This document shows positions 58,981-64,000 of a stretch of DNA of 64,000 nt, piece after piece. Within the stretch, counting starts at the first letter, position 1. Each line of letters opens with the position of its first letter. The notes below the pieces were generated by a model, which worked only from the letters and a program-made list of their open reading frames with translations, made no database searches and was not told where the DNA came from. The position numbers and the translations under genes are program-made. This DNA is from Candidatus Eiseniibacteriota bacterium (GTDB lineage: Bacteria; Eisenbacteria; RBG-16-71-46), in the NCBI GenBank assembly GCA_044222065.1, contig JBGAOA010000002.1, forward strand, positions 83,115 through 147,114, given 5' to 3'.

Positions 58981-59675
58981 ACGGCGGCCGCGCGGACGAC
59001 GAGCGCTTCGCGACCGCACGCCGGCGGATGGTCGAGGAGCAGCTGCGCGCGCGCGGCATTCGCGACGAACGCGTTCTCGCCGCGATGGGCGAGGTGCCGC
59101 GCCACCGATTCGTGGATGCGGCGTTCGAGACGCGCTCCTACGGCGACCACGCGCTGCCGACCGCGGAGGGCCAGACGATCTCGCAGCCCTGGATCGTCGC
59201 CCGCATGCTCGAGCTGCTCGCCGTCGAGCCCGGCGATCGCGTGCTCGAGATCGGAACGGGGAGCGGATACCAGACCGCGCTGCTCGCGCGGCTCGCCGAG
59301 CGCGTGTTCAGCGTCGAGCGCGTGGCGTCGCTGCTGCGCGCCGCGCGACGTCGGCTCGATGCGCTCGGCATTTCGAACGTCGCGCTGCGTCACGGCGACG
59401 GCACGCTCGGTTGGCAGGACTTTGCACCCTATGCTAGGGTGCTCGCCGCTGCGGCGGCACCGCACGTCCCGGAAGCGCTTCGCGCACAGCTTCGAGAGGG
59501 CGGCGTGCTCGTGATTCCCGTGGGCGGTCGCGAGATCCAGCGCCTCGAAGCGTGGCATCGGCTCCCCGGGGATCGATGGGAGAGTCGCAAGCACGCGGAG
59601 TGCCGTTTCGTGCCGCTCGTCGGGCGCGACGGGTGGCAGGACGACCCGGAATCCGCCGGCACCACAAACGAATGA
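58977..59675 (+). CDS. pcm: Protein-L-isoaspartate O-methyltransferase
   Basis: VPRHRFV, GQTISQP, VLEIGTGSGYQTA, GDGTLGW, FVPLVG. Confidence 0.96.
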   Translation: MNGGRADDERFATARRRMVEEQLRARGIRDERVLAAMGEVPRHRFVDAAFETRSYGDHALPTAEGQTISQPWIVARMLELLAVEPGDRVLEIGTGSGYQTALLARLAERVFSVERVASLLRAARRRLDALGISNVALRHGDGTLGWQDFAPYARVLAAAAAPHVPEALRAQLREGGVLVIPVGGREIQRLEAWHRLPGDRWESRKHAECRFVPLVGRDGWQDDPESAGTTNE

Positions 59676-59684
59676 CGTCTGCGT

Positions 59685-59761
<77 letters not shown>

Positions 59762-59768
59762 TTTCACC

Positions 59769-59810
59769 TCACCCCGGCGCGCCACTCGCACGAGCGGCGC
59801 GCCGGGGTGA
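59769..59810 (+). terminator. 15-bp perfect inverted repeat after tRNA-Pro(CGG)
   Basis: TCACCCCGGCGCGCC (59769-59783) / GGCGCGCCGGGGTGA (59796-59810). Confidence 0.55.
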
Positions 59811-59822
59811 ATACTGTCCGGC

Positions 59823-60113
59823 ATGAGCGCGAAACGCATCGAGATCGTCGTCACCGGACGCGTCCAGGGGGTAGGCTTCCGCGCGTTCGTCGTGCGCGAA
59901 GCGCGCGCACTGGGCCTCGCGGGATTCGTCCGCAATCGCGACGACGGCGCGGTCGAGATCGAGGCGGAGGGTGACTCGCGGGCGATCGAGACGTTCGTGA
60001 ACCGCATCGAGGTCGGGCCCGTCGCCGCGCGCGTCACCGGATGCGAGCGCCGCGCGCTCGAACCTCGCGGAATGCCGGACGGCTTCGAGATCGCCGCGAC
60101 GAGGAGGGCATGA
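59823..60113 (+). CDS. acyP: Acylphosphatase
   Basis: [31 protein letters not shown]. Confidence 0.95.
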   Translation: MSAKRIEIVVTGRVQGVGFRAFVVREARALGLAGFVRNRDDGAVEIEAEGDSRAIETFVNRIEVGPVAARVTGCERRALEPRGMPDGFEIAATRRA

Positions 60114-61180
60114 CGGAACTCGAACGCACACGCTTCCGCGACCGGCTCGCGGGCGCGCTCGCGGGCGCCCGCGTCTCGCGGACGATCGAGTCGCGCGACT
60201 ACGAGGCCCTGCTCGTGGACCCGGACTTCGACGCCGCCGAGTTCGAGTCGTTCCGCGAACGCGCCCGGGCGGAAGGCGTGAAGCTGCCCGAGGACGAGGC
60301 GACGCCGACCGCCGCCGACTTCGCGACGCCGAGCGGCGAACCCGAGCGCGACCTGCTCGACCTCTACCTGGACGAGATCGGCCGCATCCCGCTCCTCGGC
60401 CACGAAGAACTGCTGCGCGAGGCGGCCGCCGCCCGCGGCGGCGACGAGCGGGCGCGCAAGCGCATCATCCTCGCGAACCTCCGCCTCGTCGTGCACCTCG
60501 CGCGCCGGTATCGCGGCCGCGGCCTGCCGCTGCTCGATCTCATCAGCGAAGGCAATCTCGGGCTCATCTCGGCCGTGGACCGGTTCGAGCCGGAACGGCA
60601 GCTGCGCTTCAGCACGTACGCCTCGCTGTGGATCCGGCAAGCGATCCTGCGCGGCATCGCGGAGCAGTCGCGCGCGGTGCGCATCCCGGCCGCGATGCTC
60701 CAGCAGGTGCACCGCTTCATCCGCTCCGAACGCGCGCTCGGCACGCGCTTCGACCGGGCGGCGACGATCGAGGAGATCGCCGCCGATCTCGGCATCTCGG
60801 TGCCGCGCGCGGAGCGGCTGCGCGCGCTCGTCGCGGGGCTGCGTTCGCTCGACGAGGGGTCGAGCACCGAGGCGTACGAGGCGCTCACGGCCGAGGACCT
60901 GTTCGAGCCGCCGCCGTCGGTCGAGCGGCTCGTCGAGCTGCAGCTCGAGAACGAACGCATCGAACGACTGCTCCGCACGCTGTCCCAGCGGGAGGAGCAG
61001 GTCATCCGCATCCGCTACGGCTTTCACGACGGCGTCGCCCGGACGCTGCAGCAGACGGGCGAGCACTTCCAGATCACCCGCGAGCGCGTGCGCCAGATCG
61101 AAGCGCGCGCGCTCGAAAAGCTCCGGCGCGCGTTCGAGCTCGACGACCTCGACCGTTCGGCCGGGGACCGGGTGCACTGA
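60110..61180 (+). CDS. Group 2 (RpoS/RpoD-like) sigma70-family sigma factor
   Basis: Region 1.2 [13 protein letters not shown]; region 2 [31 protein letters not shown]; region 4 [18 protein letters not shown]. Confidence 0.93.
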   Translation: MTELERTRFRDRLAGALAGARVSRTIESRDYEALLVDPDFDAAEFESFRERARAEGVKLPEDEATPTAADFATPSGEPERDLLDLYLDEIGRIPLLGHEELLREAAAARGGDERARKRIILANLRLVVHLARRYRGRGLPLLDLISEGNLGLISAVDRFEPERQLRFSTYASLWIRQAILRGIAEQSRAVRIPAAMLQQVHRFIRSERALGTRFDRAATIEEIAADLGISVPRAERLRALVAGLRSLDEGSSTEAYEALTAEDLFEPPPSVERLVELQLENERIERLLRTLSQREEQVIRIRYGFHDGVARTLQQTGEHFQITRERVRQIEARALEKLRRAFELDDLDRSAGDRVH

Positions 61181-61205
61181 GCGGCCGACGCTCGAGGAGC
61201 GAACC

Positions 61206-61733
61206 ATGGACCTGCGGCGCTACGTACGCGACGTTCCCGACTTTCCGAAGAAGGGCATCCTGTTCAAGGACATCACGCCGCTGCTCTCGGACCCGGCCGC
61301 GTTCGCGACCGCGGTCGAGCGCATGGCGAGCCGCGTCGAGAAGCCGGACGCCGTGGTCGCGATCGAATCGCGCGGCTTCGTGTTCGGAGCCGCGCTCGCG
61401 CTGCACTGGAAGGTCCCGTTCGTCCCCGCGCGCAAGTTCGGCAAGCTGCCCGGGCAGACGGTGCGCCAGGTGTACTCGCTCGAGTACGGCGAGGACACGC
61501 TCGAACTGCATCGCGATGCGCTGCGCAGCGGCGACCGCGTCGTCGTCGTGGACGACCTGCTCGCGACCGGCGGCACCGCGCGCGCGACCGCGGGGCTCGT
61601 CGAACAGCTCGGCGCGCGAGTGCAGGCGCTCGTGTTCCTGATCGAACTCGAGGGCCTCGGCGGGCGTTCGGCGCTGTCGCCGCGCCCGGTCGAGGCGCTG
61701 CTCACGCTGGCGGCCGACGCTCCGGTTTCCTGA
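61206..61733 (+). CDS. apt: Adenine phosphoribosyltransferase
   Basis: PDFPKKGILFKDITPLL, IESRGF, RKFGKLP, YSLEYG, VDDLLATGGT. Confidence 0.97.
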   Translation: MDLRRYVRDVPDFPKKGILFKDITPLLSDPAAFATAVERMASRVEKPDAVVAIESRGFVFGAALALHWKVPFVPARKFGKLPGQTVRQVYSLEYGEDTLELHRDALRSGDRVVVVDDLLATGGTARATAGLVEQLGARVQALVFLIELEGLGGRSALSPRPVEALLTLAADAPVS

Positions 61734-63999
61734 GCGGACGCGTCAGCACGACGACGGGGCCGCGCTCGAACGCGACCGCGAGGTCGCGCGCGGACACGCC
61801 GCTTCCCGCCGCGGCCGGCTCGAACGCGGCCGCTGCGAGCGCGGCCGGATCACCCGCGTGCGCGAAGCCGGGAGGGAAGGGATCGGCGCCGAGGAACGGC
61901 AGCGTCCCCGAATCCGTGTAGTAGATCCGCACGCCGCCTTCGCCTCCGCCCGCACCGGCGAACGCCACGACGAGATCCTCGCCGGGCGCGCCTCCAAAGT
62001 CCGCGACCGCGAGCGCCCGCACGAGCCCCGGCGTCTCGACGCGGCGCCCCGCTTCGAACGCCCACGGCTCCGGCCCGCGCGACGTCCGCCACCACGCGAG
62101 TCCGCCCGTGGCGCGGCCGCGCTTCGTCGCGGCGACGAGGTCGCTGCGGCCGTCGCCGTCCACGTCGAGCGCCGCGAGGGCCGTGAACTCGGCGTCCGGG
62201 ATTTCGAGGTCCGCGCGCCAGCGCAATCCGTCGGGCCGCGAGTTCTCGAACACGCGCACGAGGCACGCTCCGTCCACCGCGCGCGTCGCGACGGCGAGGT
62301 CGGCGTCGCCGTCGCCGTCCCAGTCCGCCGTCGCGAACGCGATCGCCTCGCCGAGCGAGCGCGGCGCCCCGACTTCGCGGCGCTCGAACGCGAGGTCGGC
62401 GTTCTCGACCTGGGTCCAGACTTCGAGTGAGCCCGCCCCGGGCCGTCCGCCCGCGGTCGCGATCACGACATCGGGCAGCGCGCCGCCGGAGCAGTCGAGC
62501 AACGCAACGGCCGAGACGTCGCCGCCGTCGCGCGTGCGGAAACTGCGCCAGCGGGTGGAGGTCGCGAATGCGCCGTCGATGCCGCCGGCGGCGCGCGCTT
62601 CGGGAGCGGACCAGATCTCGAGGTTCGGGCCGTCGCCGGTGCCCGCGGCGAGCCCGAGCACGAGGTCCGCGGCGCGGACGCCGGGAGCGGCGCGCAGGGC
62701 GCCCGCGGCGACGGCGCGCACGCGCGCATCGCCGAGCCGCACGGCCGAAGGCGCGGATCGGAACGGCGCGTCGCCGCGCGCGTCGTTCCACCACGCGCGC
62801 AGCGGTTCGCCGTCCGGTGCGTCGCTCGCGAGCAGCAGGTCGTCGCCGCCGACCGCCGCGCCGCGCAGCCGACCGGCGAGCAGCGCCCGCGCGCCGCGGC
62901 CCTCGAGCGTCGCGAGCGTGACGTCGCGCACTCCGAAGTCCACGGATTCGAGCCGCTCCGCGGCGCGATGGACGGGCGTCGTGGGGAAGGATCCGTCGGG
63001 TACGCCGAGGTCGAGGGCGAGCGCGTCGTCGTCGGGCGTTCCGGGCGGCAACCGGAGCACGTACTCGCCGCGTGCGTCCGTGCGCGCCGAGGCGAGGTAG
63101 GTGAGCCCGCCGTCGCGCGTGACACCGACCCACACTCCGGCGCGGCCGGGCTCTCCCGGTGCGCGCCGTCCGTCGGCGTCCCGGTCGTCGAACACGATCC
63201 CCGCGAGCGCCGTGCGCTCGGGCGTGCGCCCCGCGAACGCGAGCGCGGACGCGTCGCCGTCCCCCATCGTGCCGCTCCGGATCGCGGCGTCGGAGAGGAG
63301 CCCCGTGCCCTCGAAGCTGGCAGCGAGCGCGAACGGCCCCGGACGCACGTAGAGGCGCGTGCGTCCGTCGGCGTCGGTGCGGCTTCCCAGTCCCGTCACG
63401 GCGTCCCGGATCCACGCGCCGCGCACGCCCGGCTCTGAGTTGCGGCGGATGCGGTCGCCGTCGCGGTCGTGGAAGGCGAGCGCTTCGATCCAGCCGCCCG
63501 GCCCCGGTCTCGCGACGAGGATGCGCGGAGCCGCCTCGGGAACGCGCACGCGCGAGGTGTCGGATCGGAACCCGTCGTATCCCGCGGGCGCGACGACGCG
63601 CAGGGCGTGCTCACCGGCGGGAACGCGGAACACGAAGCGGCCGTCGGAATCCGTCGTCGTCGCGAAGCGGTCGTCGAGGACGAGCGTGAAGTCGCCGAGC
63701 GGCGCGCGCGCGGGGCCACCCGCCGTGGACGCCGCACGCTCCTCGAGGACCCGCCCCTCGAAGCGCTCGAGCGGCGTCGCGACCGGAGCGGTCCAGCCGC
63801 GCGGCCGCACCGACGCGACGAACTCGGCGCGTGCCGCGCGCACCGTGGCGGCGGGAGCGGCGTGGCGCGGGACGAGCCGCACGACGACGCGTTCGATCTC
63901 GGCGAGGCGCGCGGACGGGATCGCGCCCCGCGACCAGTCCCAGGGACGCGCGTCGCCGGCGAGCCACACCTCGAAGAGTCCGCGGGCGGTCTCCGTTCC
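61702..63999 (-). CDS. Large surface protein with SdrD-B-like and FG-GAP/VCBS repeats (5' end outside the window)
   Basis: Frame is open to the window edge; FHDRDGDRIRRNSEPGVRG, VFDDRDADGRRAPGEPG; ADWDGDGDADLAV, LDVDGDGRSDLVA, ADFGGAPGEDLVV. Confidence 0.8.
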   Translation of the reverse strand, partial: GTETARGLFEVWLAGDARPWDWSRGAIPSARLAEIERVVVRLVPRHAAPAATVRAARAEFVASVRPRGWTAPVATPLERFEGRVLEERAASTAGGPARAPLGDFTLVLDDRFATTTDSDGRFVFRVPAGEHALRVVAPAGYDGFRSDTSRVRVPEAAPRILVARPGPGGWIEALAFHDRDGDRIRRNSEPGVRGAWIRDAVTGLGSRTDADGRTRLYVRPGPFALAASFEGTGLLSDAAIRSGTMGDGDASALAFAGRTPERTALAGIVFDDRDADGRRAPGEPGRAGVWVGVTRDGGLTYLASARTDARGEYVLRLPPGTPDDDALALDLGVPDGSFPTTPVHRAAERLESVDFGVRDVTLATLEGRGARALLAGRLRGAAVGGDDLLLASDAPDGEPLRAWWNDARGDAPFRSAPSAVRLGDARVRAVAAGALRAAPGVRAADLVLGLAAGTGDGPNLEIWSAPEARAAGGIDGAFATSTRWRSFRTRDGGDVSAVALLDCSGGALPDVVIATAGGRPGAGSLEVWTQVENADLAFERREVGAPRSLGEAIAFATADWDGDGDADLAVATRAVDGACLVRVFENSRPDGLRWRADLEIPDAEFTALAALDVDGDGRSDLVAATKRGRATGGLAWWRTSRGPEPWAFEAGRRVETPGLVRALAVADFGGAPGEDLVVAFAGAGGGEGGVRIYYTDSGTLPFLGADPFPPGFAHAGDPAALAAAAFEPAAAGSGVSARDLAVAFERGPVVVLTRPLRKPERRPPA

Positions 64000-64000
64000 G

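Overview
64 kb of a very GC-rich bacterial chromosome, almost all encoded on the + strand. The FlgD-Ig/T9SS-like tail, bS22-like protein and gene content suggest an FCB-associated lineage such as Ca. Eisenbacteria (inference). From the left it holds: (1) gcvPA/gcvPB running into an uncharacterised block (GlmL-like ASKHA ATPase, a lipoyl/biotinyl-hairpin-like protein, an FN3+DUF6754-type protein, three further membrane proteins) that ends in a LipM-like octanoyltransferase; (2) a peptide ABC transporter; (3) a compact bacterial microcompartment locus (2 BMC-H, 1 PduT-like BMC-T, 3 BMC-P, acylating aldehyde dehydrogenase, no signature enzyme) behind a sigma54-type promoter and a long structured leader; (4) housekeeping genes (HU, bS22-like, rnr, aroA-cmk-plsC-rpsA, mutS, yitJ, pgeF, mutL-miaA, der-plsY-gpsA, surE-pcm, acyP, an RpoS-like sigma factor, apt) and three tRNAs, interspersed with secreted or envelope proteins (S55 peptidase plus beta-propeller, GT87-like, DUF4910, PPIases, repeat proteins). 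Several genes carry small indels that look like long-read consensus errors. No CRISPR array, integrase or transposase was seen. The best candidate for an undescribed system is the GlmL/DUF6754 membrane module between the glycine-cleavage genes and lipM; the enzyme-less BMC locus is second. All family assignments are from motif recognition; no searches were run.
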